Source: Erysipelotrichaceae bacterium
Lineage (GTDB): Bacteria > Bacillota_I > Bacilli_A > Erysipelotrichales > Erysipelotrichaceae
Length of the DNA stretch: 64,000 nt
Direction: 5' to 3'
Assembly: GCA_017441765.1 (NCBI GenBank)
Contig: JAFRVK010000030.1
Span: 21,778-85,777, forward strand
Shown: one piece after another, positions 47,986 through 55,608 of the stretch
Layout of the letters: every line of letters begins with the position of its first letter
Numbering within the stretch: position 1 is the first letter of the stretch
Program-made: the position numbers and the translations under genes
The notes under the pieces: model-generated
Databases searched by the model: none
Seen by the model: the letters and a program-made list of their open reading frames with translations, nothing else
Told to the model about the DNA's origin: nothing

Positions 47986-48537
47986 ATGATGATAGGGGAT
48001 ACGATACCGGGAACAACGATTGATTTTACGGAATATGATCAGACGATCGCTTATATCAGGCAGATGATCGATTTCACAGGCGGATTGAGCCTGGGACAGG
48101 TCTGCAAGCTGACAGGGCTTCCTGAAACCAGCATTCAGAACTGGGTCAAACGCGGATATGTGCCGCATCCGGAGCGGAAGCGCTACTATGAAAGGCATAT
48201 GTCCAGAATACTGCTGATTTCAGCTCTGAAGGATTCGATGAATATCGAAGACATCGGAGAACTGATGGTCCTGATCAATGGCGATGCGGATGATGAGTCG
48301 GATGATATCGTTTCGGAATCGGAATTGTATCGTTATCTCTGTAAAGCGATCAAAGGTCTGGATGTCGAAGCGCTTGCACAGAATCAGATCGAATATCGCA
48401 TCAAAGCGATCCTGGCAGAGGATAAAGCGAATGCTGAAAAGCTGTCAATGGCCCTGAAAGTGATGGTTTATGCCTATATTTCAGGAGCCTGCTTCAGAAG
48501 ATCGGATCGCTATCTGCAGGAACTGAAGAAAATGTAG
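47986..48537 (+). CDS. DUF1836-like HTH protein
   Basis: LSLGQVCKLTGLPETSIQNWVKRGYVPHPERKRYYERHMSRILLISALK resembles the DUF1836 / MerR-like HTH pattern, from memory. ATG 47989 has better SD spacing. Confidence 0.55.
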   Translation: MMIGDTIPGTTIDFTEYDQTIAYIRQMIDFTGGLSLGQVCKLTGLPETSIQNWVKRGYVPHPERKRYYERHMSRILLISALKDSMNIEDIGELMVLINGDADDESDDIVSESELYRYLCKAIKGLDVEALAQNQIEYRIKAILAEDKANAEKLSMALKVMVYAYISGACFRRSDRYLQELKKM

Positions 48538-48549
48538 GAGGTAAGAAGC

Positions 48550-48753
48550 ATGTTCATGTTTTTACTGGTAATGTATGTATTGTACAGAATGATGTTCAGA
48601 TATCCTTACGGACGCTACATGTATCGTCCGCTGCCTCGTCCGATGTACATGTTCGGACCGTATATGAGAGGTCCAAGACCGATGGGTCCCGGTCCGGGAC
48701 GTGGCCAGATGGGCCCTGGATTCCATGGACCGCAACACGGACACAGATTCTAA
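48550..48753 (+). CDS. 67-aa small protein: N-terminal TM plus Pro/Gly/Met/Arg/Tyr-rich low-complexity tail
   Basis: AGGAGG SD lies 8 nt upstream. Sequence: MFMFLLVMYVLYRMMFRYPYGRYMYRPLPRPMYMFGPYMRGPRPMGPGPGRGQMGPGFHGPQHGHRF. A terminator follows. Confidence 0.5.
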   Translation: MFMFLLVMYVLYRMMFRYPYGRYMYRPLPRPMYMFGPYMRGPRPMGPGPGRGQMGPGFHGPQHGHRF

Positions 48754-48777
48754 GCGTAAAAGTGTATCTGACGCAAG

Positions 48778-48802
48778 AGTCTTCCTTAGGGAAGGCTTTT
48801 TG
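48778..48802 (+). terminator. Intrinsic terminator ending the SPFH operon
   Basis: AGTCTTCC-ttag-GGAAGGCT followed by TTTT. Confidence 0.65.
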
Positions 48803-48820
48803 AATGTTATAATAAATTAT

Positions 48821-49291
48821 ATGGGCTTCTTTGATTTATTCAGGGAGAAGAAGGTTTATGAAGGGGAGATCGTGGATCTCAGGGAGCGTTACAGAGTCTC
48901 GGCGAAACAAGCGTATGATGGTATAGCGACGGTTTATTATGAGATCCTGAAGCACGAGGATAAGCATAAGGTAGGAACGATCGATCTCAGGCTTTCTGCT
49001 GCACAGGGAGATATGTATTATTACGGAAATGTAGGCTATAACGTCCAGAAGGAAGAACGCGGAAACAGTTATGCCTATTATGCCTGCAAAGTCCTGTTCC
49101 GTATCGCAAAAGAAGAATTCGGAATGCATGAACTGATCATTACCTGTTCCCCGGAGAACGAAGCTTCCTACAGGACTCTGATGAAACTCAACGGCGAATT
49201 GCTGGAACTGGTAGAAGTTCCTGCCAGACATCTCCTGTATACTTTGGGAGAAAAGACGAAATACATTTTCCGTTACAGGATAGACTTGTAG
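48821..49291 (+). CDS. GNAT-family N-acetyltransferase
   Basis: TGtTATAAT lies 7 nt upstream of ATG 48821. GNAT-like core (VGYNVQKEERGNSYAYYACKVLFRIAKEEFGMHELIITCSPENEAS). The track start at 48701 overlaps the preceding gene and terminator. Confidence 0.72.
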   Translation: MGFFDLFREKKVYEGEIVDLRERYRVSAKQAYDGIATVYYEILKHEDKHKVGTIDLRLSAAQGDMYYYGNVGYNVQKEERGNSYAYYACKVLFRIAKEEFGMHELIITCSPENEASYRTLMKLNGELLELVEVPARHLLYTLGEKTKYIFRYRIDL

Positions 49292-49321
49292 ATAAGAATA
49301 TTTGTGGAAAGGTAGATATGT

Positions 49322-49876
49322 ATGATTGAGGTTGTCTTGTTAGGTGTGGCCCTTGCCATGGATTCTCTGACGGTTTCCCTGGTCAATGGCCTGAAATATC
49401 GCGATTATGACTGGTCAAAGATGCTTTTGGCATCGTTTTCTTTCGGTTTCTTCCAGGGATTCATGCCTCTTTTGGGTTATCTGCTCCTGTATCCGTTTCT
49501 TTCCTATATCGAAAAGATCGATCACTGGCTGGTTCTGATCATTCTGAGTCTGATCGGCATCGATATGATCAAAGAAGCGTTCCAGAAGGAAGACACGACC
49601 GTTTCCGAAAACAAGTTTACAATCAAGATATTATTGCTGGAATCCATCGCAACAGCCATCGATGCGTTAAGCTGCGGTCTGGTCCTGCCCACCTTGACGG
49701 TGAACCCTTATCTGAGCTGTCTGATCATCGGCGTCGTGACGATGGCGATCTGTATCGTTGGTCATCTCTTCGGCAAGAAAGTCGCGCTGATCCTGAAAGA
49801 TAAAGCCACCATTGCCGGGGGCATCATCCTGATCCTGATCGGGGTGAAGACCGTGATCGAACATCTGTTTGGCTAA
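49322..49876 (+). CDS. mntP: Manganese efflux pump MntP
   Basis: Duplicated AMDSLTVS / ATAIDALS motifs with 6 TM. Confidence 0.88.
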   Translation: MIEVVLLGVALAMDSLTVSLVNGLKYRDYDWSKMLLASFSFGFFQGFMPLLGYLLLYPFLSYIEKIDHWLVLIILSLIGIDMIKEAFQKEDTTVSENKFTIKILLLESIATAIDALSCGLVLPTLTVNPYLSCLIIGVVTMAICIVGHLFGKKVALILKDKATIAGGIILILIGVKTVIEHLFG

Positions 49877-49906
49877 GAAAAAACAGGAGCGATGATTCGC
49901 TCCTGT
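49877..49906. terminator. Hairpin between convergent mntP and the DUF4097 gene (a U-tract is present only for the minus strand)
   Basis: AAAAAA-ACAGGAGCG-atgatt-CGCTCCTGT. Confidence 0.5.
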
Positions 49907-50002
49907 GTTCGTATAATGATTGTTACTGCTGGGATACGGTATACAGCGAGTAGAAGTATCCCTTGTTTTTCATAAGCTCATCAAACGGGACTTGTATATT
50001 GT

Positions 50003-50908
50003 TTAGTCTGTCAGGAAATGATAACTGATATCGCCGTTGACCGTATCGATACGCAGCTTGTGATCGCAATGTCCGCCTCCGGATGTTTTTTCATGGAAGA
50101 GGGAAGTCGCTTTGACATCGACCTGGTCCCGTCTGGCATTCAGTCCGATATCGATATCTCCGTTCACGCTGTTCATGATGATATTTTTGCAGGAGATCCG
50201 ATCGCCGTCATAATCTCCGTTGACCGCATCGATCTTCATTGTTTCTTCGACAAGGATGTCATCCATTTCGATATCTCCGGATACTGTATTGATTTTCATA
50301 TTCTGCGCTGTCGTATCTTCCAGTTCAAGATCTCCCGATACGCTGTCGATATTCAGCTGATCCAGACGGAGCCCTTGGACTCCGATATCTCCTGAGACGT
50401 TATCCATCAGCACCGTGCAGCCATCAGGTACATACAGAGTGGCGTCTCCGCCATTGAATGAACCATGGAACATCTTTTGGAGAATATTCACGCCCTGGCC
50501 ATAGGAAGGGAAATCCTGTTCGATGTTCAGGGTATCGCCGACCTGTTCATGCATCATCGTGTCATCGTCGCTGTCGCATTCGAAGACCGTTGTCTCATCG
50601 GGGGAACGCAGGATCTCGAAATCATAGGATGTATTCGTGATCTTGATCGTACGGATCCCATAGTAGACGCTGCGTACCTGGTCGGTTTCATCGGTGTGTT
50701 TTTCTTTATTGTTTGTTTCTTCTTTGCCGCCGAACGCTTTGACGATCTGTTCCGGTTCCCCGAGATCTCTTAAAACTTCTTCCGGGTTTTCACCCTGTTC
50801 GATGCGATCTTCAATGATCTCATCAAAATACTGTACGATATCATCCGCTTCCGGGATTTCTTTCTTGATCAAAGCTCTTTTTAAGCGATTCAGATATTCC
50901 TCAATCAT
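50003..50908 (-). CDS. DUF1700 (N-terminal) / DUF4097 (C-terminal beta-helix repeat) protein
   Basis: MIEEYLNRLKRALIKKEIPEADDIVQYFDEIIEDRIEQG matches DUF1700. Repeated V(S/N)GDI units are typical of DUF4097. Overlaps the padR stop. Confidence 0.8.
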   Translation of the reverse strand: MIEEYLNRLKRALIKKEIPEADDIVQYFDEIIEDRIEQGENPEEVLRDLGEPEQIVKAFGGKEETNNKEKHTDETDQVRSVYYGIRTIKITNTSYDFEILRSPDETTVFECDSDDDTMMHEQVGDTLNIEQDFPSYGQGVNILQKMFHGSFNGGDATLYVPDGCTVLMDNVSGDIGVQGLRLDQLNIDSVSGDLELEDTTAQNMKINTVSGDIEMDDILVEETMKIDAVNGDYDGDRISCKNIIMNSVNGDIDIGLNARRDQVDVKATSLFHEKTSGGGHCDHKLRIDTVNGDISYHFLTD

Positions 50909-51221
50909 CGTTTCTGACCTCCTTTGCGATGTAGTTGAAAATGTTCATTAATTCCTGGAAATCCTGCAGATATTCCTTGATCCTGTCTTTTCCTTTGTCT
51001 GTGATGGAATAAAATTTCCGCAGACGTCCGTTATGTTCCACGGAATAGAATTTCAGGCAGTCGCTTGCTTCCAGACGGCGCAGGATGGGATAGAGCGTCG
51101 ATTCCGATATCTCTACGACATTCTGCAGGGACTGGATGATCTTGTAGCCATAGGAGTCTTCCCTGAGCAGAGATGCCAGGACACAGACTTCCAATGAGCC
51201 TCTTTTTAATTGAACTTCCAT
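50901..51221 (-). CDS. PadR-family transcriptional regulator
   Basis: LEVCVLASLLREDSYGYKIIQSL...STLYPILRRLE winged-helix signature. CAGGAGG SD. Confidence 0.9.
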   Translation of the reverse strand: MEVQLKRGSLEVCVLASLLREDSYGYKIIQSLQNVVEISESTLYPILRRLEASDCLKFYSVEHNGRLRKFYSITDKGKDRIKEYLQDFQELMNIFNYIAKEVRNDD

Positions 51222-51356
51222 AGATACCTCCTGTCATATAATACTATACTATACATAGTATAATATGTAAAGCGAAGGTAATTGCTGATAAACAGATCAT
51301 GATATATACCTCCTTACGTATAATACTATACAACACATAGTATGAAATGTAAAGCA
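51219..51356 (-). repeat. Tandem ~55-nt duplication of the padR promoter/operator/SD/ATG region
   Basis: Copy A is 51219-51273 and copy B is 51298-51355, about 85% identical. On the minus strand each reads TTTACA-17-TATAGT ... AGGAGG ... ATG. Each contains the palindrome ATACTAT-N7-ATAGTAT and ACAT-N8-ATGT. Confidence 0.7.
51244..51300 (-). CDS. Possible 18-aa upstream ORF created by the duplicated SD/ATG (MICLSAITFALHIILCIV)
   Basis: AAGGAGG lies 8 nt upstream of the ATG. The ORF reads across the copy-A operator and stops in its -10 box. Confidence 0.25.
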   Translation of the reverse strand: MICLSAITFALHIILCIV

Positions 51357-51384
51357 TAAAAAAAAACATCCTGTGGAGGATGTT
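51355..51384 (-). terminator. Intrinsic terminator of the 218-aa membrane protein gene
   Basis: On the minus strand, AACATCCT-ccac-AGGATGTT is followed by TTTTTTTTT. The stem overlaps the stop codon. Confidence 0.75.
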
Positions 51385-52040
51385 CATATAAAATCATACT
51401 GGATATCGTATGTGACCCGTTCTTTCCATTTCTTCTGCAGGAACGGTTTCATAATCAGCAGAATGACGACAGAACCAAGAATGAGCTTGCTCAGACGGCG
51501 ATAGGCTTTGTACTGATCCCAGAACAGCGGCATGACCGCATCGCAGATACTCATGATGATGCTGCCGATGATGACAGATAAAACAGTCTTTTTATTGAAG
51601 ATCTTGCTCCAGAGAAGATCCGGGAACAGGATCTTGATGCAGATTGCGATGATCGCCATCAGGATCAGGGTCTGCAAAAGGAATCCAAGGACCAGATGTC
51701 CCAGTGGAGTCAGGATGGTCCGGACCAGAAGATTCGCCATAAACAGCAGGGCATTGCCCATGATCCATAACGGGACGCAGAGGACCATCCGGAGTTTTAC
51801 CGGGATCTTCAGGATATATTTCCTGGTCGTCTGTCGGAAGGACATGCCAAGCCACGGATGACGTTCTTCCAGAAGGACTTCCTTGCATTCTTCAACGACC
51901 GGATCTGTGTCATTTAACAGATCATCCAGAAGATCTTTCGGCGAATCGAATGTCCGCCCCAGCAGGACGCTTGCCGAAGTGACGCCAGCGATCAAGCCTG
52001 CTGCAAGTTTTCTGTTCCTCTGTTTCTTTTTCTCGTCCAT
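51384..52040 (-). CDS. Hypothetical membrane protein (218 aa, ~5 TM)
   Basis: Long ORF with a charged N-terminus and hydrophobic helices. TATAAT lies 6 nt upstream of the ATG. No family recognised. Confidence 0.5.
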   Translation of the reverse strand: MDEKKKQRNRKLAAGLIAGVTSASVLLGRTFDSPKDLLDDLLNDTDPVVEECKEVLLEERHPWLGMSFRQTTRKYILKIPVKLRMVLCVPLWIMGNALLFMANLLVRTILTPLGHLVLGFLLQTLILMAIIAICIKILFPDLLWSKIFNKKTVLSVIIGSIIMSICDAVMPLFWDQYKAYRRLSKLILGSVVILLIMKPFLQKKWKERVTYDIQYDFI

Positions 52041-52077
52041 GTCACTATTATAATATGATGATGATATAATTCAAATA

Positions 52078-52329
52078 ATGGAAAAGTTAAAAGATATCAG
52101 GGAAGTCATCGAATATCTCAAGGATGGAACGATCATCACTTCCGGAAAGGGTGATCATTTCGTTCTGAAAGAAGGAAGAGTCCATCACTACACGAAAGGG
52201 ACCCACTACAGCCTGAACATTGATGAATTCAGGGAACTCTATGAAAAAAGCGATCTCGGGCTTTACGAGGAAGCGTTCGAGATCGATGAAACGAAAGACG
52301 AAGCGTATTACCGCTATTATCGGAAATAG
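52078..52329 (+). CDS. Hypothetical 83-aa cytosolic protein
   Basis: TATAAT lies 7 nt upstream of the ATG. Charged, Tyr-rich C-terminus. No family recognised. Confidence 0.45.
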   Translation: MEKLKDIREVIEYLKDGTIITSGKGDHFVLKEGRVHHYTKGTHYSLNIDEFRELYEKSDLGLYEEAFEIDETKDEAYYRYYRK

Positions 52330-52896
52330 CTATTTTCTTTTGTAGATGAGACCGAGCACAGTCCCGGAGAGACCGCCGATGATGTGCGTCAGCTGGGAGA
52401 TGTTGTCGGAAGCGACGAAACCATTATAGATCTCCTGTCCGAGATACAGTACGGCAACCAGGATCAGCGTGATCGGGATGCCGTTTTCTTTTCCGGTGAT
52501 CGAAGCCAGAAGAATGAATGCGAACACGACACCGCTGGCTCCCAGAAGCATGACATTGGGCTGCAGTATATTGTGGACCACACCTGTGACGATCGCGGTC
52601 GTTAGGATGACGGTGATCAGCCGGTCGCGATATTTTTCTTCCAGCATCGGTCCCAGCAAGAGAATATACAGCATGTTCGAGACCAGATGATTGAGGTTGT
52701 GATGTCCGAAGACATGACAGATCAGCCGTACATAGGTCATCGGATTGAGCCATGAGGAATGATAGGTTGAGAAAACCATGACGGTGGACATGTCATTGGT
52801 GATATAGGAAAGACCCAGAGCCAGACAGCAGATCGCTACAAAGCACAGGGTGATCGGTGCGTTGAAGTAGATAATGAATTTCTTTTTTCTTGTCAT
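52330..52896 (-). CDS. Rhomboid-family intramembrane serine protease
   Basis: HxxxN (HNLNHLVSNM), GASGVVFAF catalytic Ser, and a downstream His (LTHIIGGLSG). Confidence 0.88.
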   Translation of the reverse strand: MTRKKKFIIYFNAPITLCFVAICCLALGLSYITNDMSTVMVFSTYHSSWLNPMTYVRLICHVFGHHNLNHLVSNMLYILLLGPMLEEKYRDRLITVILTTAIVTGVVHNILQPNVMLLGASGVVFAFILLASITGKENGIPITLILVAVLYLGQEIYNGFVASDNISQLTHIIGGLSGTVLGLIYKRK

Positions 52897-52928
52897 ATCA
52901 CTATTATGCCATTACAGGGCAAAAAGAA

Positions 52929-52955
52929 AAAGGCATCGCTGCCTTTTCAAGTTTT
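52929..52955 (-). terminator. Intrinsic terminator of the PTS EIIA gene
   Basis: On the minus strand, AAAGGCA-gcga-TGCCTTT is followed by TTCTTTTT. Confidence 0.7.
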
Positions 52956-53367
52956 ATTGCATATTGGCTTTCAGGGTAGCGACCAGGTCGACGATGCCGT
53001 CCTTGCCAGCATTCAGCAGTTCCTCGACGCTTGGATCGCCAGCTTCTCTTGTTGCAAGGATCTGCAGGATCATCGCCAGGTTGACACCGGTCACGACTTT
53101 CACTTTATCGCTTTCCAGATCTTCCGCAACGACTCTGGCCATGCAGTTGCAAGGCGAACCGAACAGCATATCGCAGAAGACGATGACACCATCGCCGGTA
53201 TCAACTTCAGCGATCGCTTCTTTCAATGTGCCGACAAATTCATCCGGATTGTCATCGGCATTCAGACAGCGTGCTGTCAGCTGCGACTGTTCACCGAAAA
53301 ACAGTTTTGATGTTTCTAAGATTCCCTGAGCCATCGGACCATGGCTTGTGATAACGATACCTTTCAT
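52954..53367 (-). CDS. PTS mannose-family EIIA component (stand-alone)
   Basis: MKGIVITSHGPMAQGI (phospho-His context). Length 137 aa. Own extended -10 (TGtTATAAT) and AAGGAG SD. Confidence 0.88.
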   Translation of the reverse strand: MKGIVITSHGPMAQGILETSKLFFGEQSQLTARCLNADDNPDEFVGTLKEAIAEVDTGDGVIVFCDMLFGSPCNCMARVVAEDLESDKVKVVTGVNLAMILQILATREAGDPSVEELLNAGKDGIVDLVATLKANMQ

Positions 53368-53438
53368 TTTTCACTCCTTCTATTATTCAAATTATAACAT
53401 GTCCGTTTTTCTGTGATATCAATAATAGTTCTAAAGTA

Positions 53439-55448
53439 TCATGCGTTATCCGCGCTGAATAGAGAGATGATCGTTTCTTTCGTTAAAGCATTCAGCGATA
53501 GATCATAGTCGGTTATCTTTGTTTCTGATGATGCATTGTTTTCGTTTGTTTCGTTTACGATGATCGCTCCGCATTCTTTCAGAAGGTCCTGCAGATCCAG
53601 CGATGATTTCTGACTAGCTGCAAGATAACTGAATGTGTGCATAAAGACCGGATCATCATTGCGGGAAACGATCAGGCGTCCGCTGCTGAAACTGTCGAAT
53701 ACCATACGGATCGAATCTCCTGTGACATAAACGAAACCAAGACGCATCATGCTTTCGTTCGCAGCCATCTCCATCGGGACCTTGATGATGATACTGCCGG
53801 GGTCGATCATGTGATACTGATTCAGATCCTTTGGTGCGATTCCTGTCGGAGATCTGGATAAGACAGTATCGAAGGGGATCTTTTCAGGATTGTTGGTATA
53901 TTTGTTGATGGAAAACAGGAAGGTACTGTCGACGTCCTGGCCGATATAGTAGAGTTCGCTGGCTCCTTCCGGAAGCGGAGCGTCCGTCATATCGCCGGAA
54001 TAATAGATATCCTGTTTCTCGGAACGGTAAGCGCTGTTCCAGCCGAAAGATATTTCCGTGTTCTGCATATGCAGATCGAGGTCGACGCGGGAATCGTCTT
54101 CATCTTCATGTTCAAGGTTGGTCCAGTGGATCCCAAAAATCACGTCGGAATCTTTCTTTGCTTCGAAAGATGAACCGCATGGGAAATTGCCTACGAACTG
54201 TTTTTCTGAAGTCGGAGCCTTCAATAAGAAGTCATCAGGCAGAAGGATTGTTTTTCCTTCCAGGAGAGGTTTCAGTCTGCCGATCAGATGCTTACTGACC
54301 AGCTCATAGCGATTCCTGATGAGTTCCTGTCCCGTTTCATCCAATACTTTGCGTTCTGTCGCATAGGAACGTCCGTTCCGGATCCGGTAGACGATCGAAG
54401 AATTGTTGCTTAAGGCATAGCAAAGGCCATTGAGTATCCGGATTTCCCTAAAGACGGTAATGCTTTCCAGTCCTTTTAGAAGTTCCTCATCGCTGATTTC
54501 TGTAGATGCTGCAGTCAGACGGTCGAGCTTGTTGACTTTCATCGGCCGATGATAGTGTTTCGCCAGTTTGGCCAGCCGGTTGATCAGATGATTCAGCTGC
54601 GTGGCTTCTTCTTTTTCATTGTCGAAGATATTCTTCACCTGCCAGTAGATGTCTGCAGATCCGTTGAACAGACGGTGCAGCGGCGTTTTCATCGCCAGGA
54701 AGAGCTTTTTGTTTCTTAGGAAGACTGAAGCAAGTTTTTTCATCGCGTTATCTTCATCTTTCTTAAGATAACGTTGAATCAGCAAAAGCAGCTCTTTACG
54801 TGAAAATGCTTTCAAGGAATCGATCGTGAACTGATCCTGTATCTTCAGGGTGCTGCCGGTGGCTTTGTAGATAAGGTAGCGCAGAAATTCATCCGGATCT
54901 TCCGGCGCGATTGAAAACGCATCACAGAGCGCGATCCTTGCTTCCCGGTTCCTGATTTCCTCATAGCGGCTGATATCGATCAGATCAGTCAGATCGGTGA
55001 TGCAGCTGATCGTATCCTTCGATAAGGCGATGCCGCTTGTAAGCAGAGCCATCAGCTTTTCTGAGACTTCCTCTTCCGTATAGGCGTGGATACTGACGAG
55101 CTCGATGTCCTCTTTTAATTCAGGGATCTCCAGCTTTTCGTGAGGAAGATAGACCGATTCATGCGAAAAGACCCCCAGATCTTCAAAACCATAGGTCGTC
55201 ATATAGTGAATGATCTGCTCAAGGACTAATTCTTCGATCGGAGCGTTCGCAACCTTGTTCCAGGACTTATGAAAGGTCTTGTTCCAGGCTTTGGCATCCT
55301 TGCCGTAAAGCCGGATGGCATCCGCGCAGACATCATCCGTTGCACTTTGAGGGATCAGTAAGCCATATTTCAGGGCATCTTCCCTGATTCTGTCCGTTTT
55401 TTCGCCAATAAAGCCTTTGAAGAGTTTCATTACAGATAATTGATTCAT
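53439..55448 (-). CDS. 670-aa protein of unknown function: ~440-aa helical N-terminal region plus TerD-like C-terminal beta-sandwich
   Basis: AAAGGAAG SD precedes ATG at comp(55446-55448). The segment IFGIHWTN...RVDLDLHM...ISFGWNSAYRSEKQDIYYSGDMTDAPLPEGASELYYI parallels the TerD pattern GLGWD...DLDASA...VFYNN...HTGDNxTGEGDGDDE. Confidence 0.65.
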   Translation of the reverse strand: MNQLSVMKLFKGFIGEKTDRIREDALKYGLLIPQSATDDVCADAIRLYGKDAKAWNKTFHKSWNKVANAPIEELVLEQIIHYMTTYGFEDLGVFSHESVYLPHEKLEIPELKEDIELVSIHAYTEEEVSEKLMALLTSGIALSKDTISCITDLTDLIDISRYEEIRNREARIALCDAFSIAPEDPDEFLRYLIYKATGSTLKIQDQFTIDSLKAFSRKELLLLIQRYLKKDEDNAMKKLASVFLRNKKLFLAMKTPLHRLFNGSADIYWQVKNIFDNEKEEATQLNHLINRLAKLAKHYHRPMKVNKLDRLTAASTEISDEELLKGLESITVFREIRILNGLCYALSNNSSIVYRIRNGRSYATERKVLDETGQELIRNRYELVSKHLIGRLKPLLEGKTILLPDDFLLKAPTSEKQFVGNFPCGSSFEAKKDSDVIFGIHWTNLEHEDEDDSRVDLDLHMQNTEISFGWNSAYRSEKQDIYYSGDMTDAPLPEGASELYYIGQDVDSTFLFSINKYTNNPEKIPFDTVLSRSPTGIAPKDLNQYHMIDPGSIIIKVPMEMAANESMMRLGFVYVTGDSIRMVFDSFSSGRLIVSRNDDPVFMHTFSYLAASQKSSLDLQDLLKECGAIIVNETNENNASSETKITDYDLSLNALTKETIISLFSADNA

Positions 55449-55572
55449 GATCGTTCTTCCTTTGCTTAAGAAAAATGGGCGGGAAGTAGATTCTGACCAA
55501 TAAAAGGAACTTCCTATGCCCGATATCATTCTAGCATATCTGTTGATAAACATAAATCAATAGAATACAGGG

Positions 55573-55581
55573 TGTTATAAT
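55573..55581 (+). promoter_or_regulatory. Extended -10 TGtTATAAT for the triple SIS operon
   Basis: Perfect TGnTATAAT 27 nt upstream of ATG 55609. Confidence 0.5.
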
Positions 55582-55608
55582 GAAAAAGGAAAGGATCTTA
55601 GAAATAAT

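Noticed and set aside
49292-49321. yybP-ykoY manganese riboswitch expected upstream of mntP
   Set aside because: Only 30 nt separate mntP from the preceding GNAT gene. That is too short for the riboswitch, and no conserved motif was seen.
53439-55448. Tellurite-resistance (ter) operon or TerY-phosphorylation-type defence system
   Set aside because: Only a single divergent TerD-like domain is present. No terZABCEF, vWA/TerY, PP2C or kinase genes are nearby.
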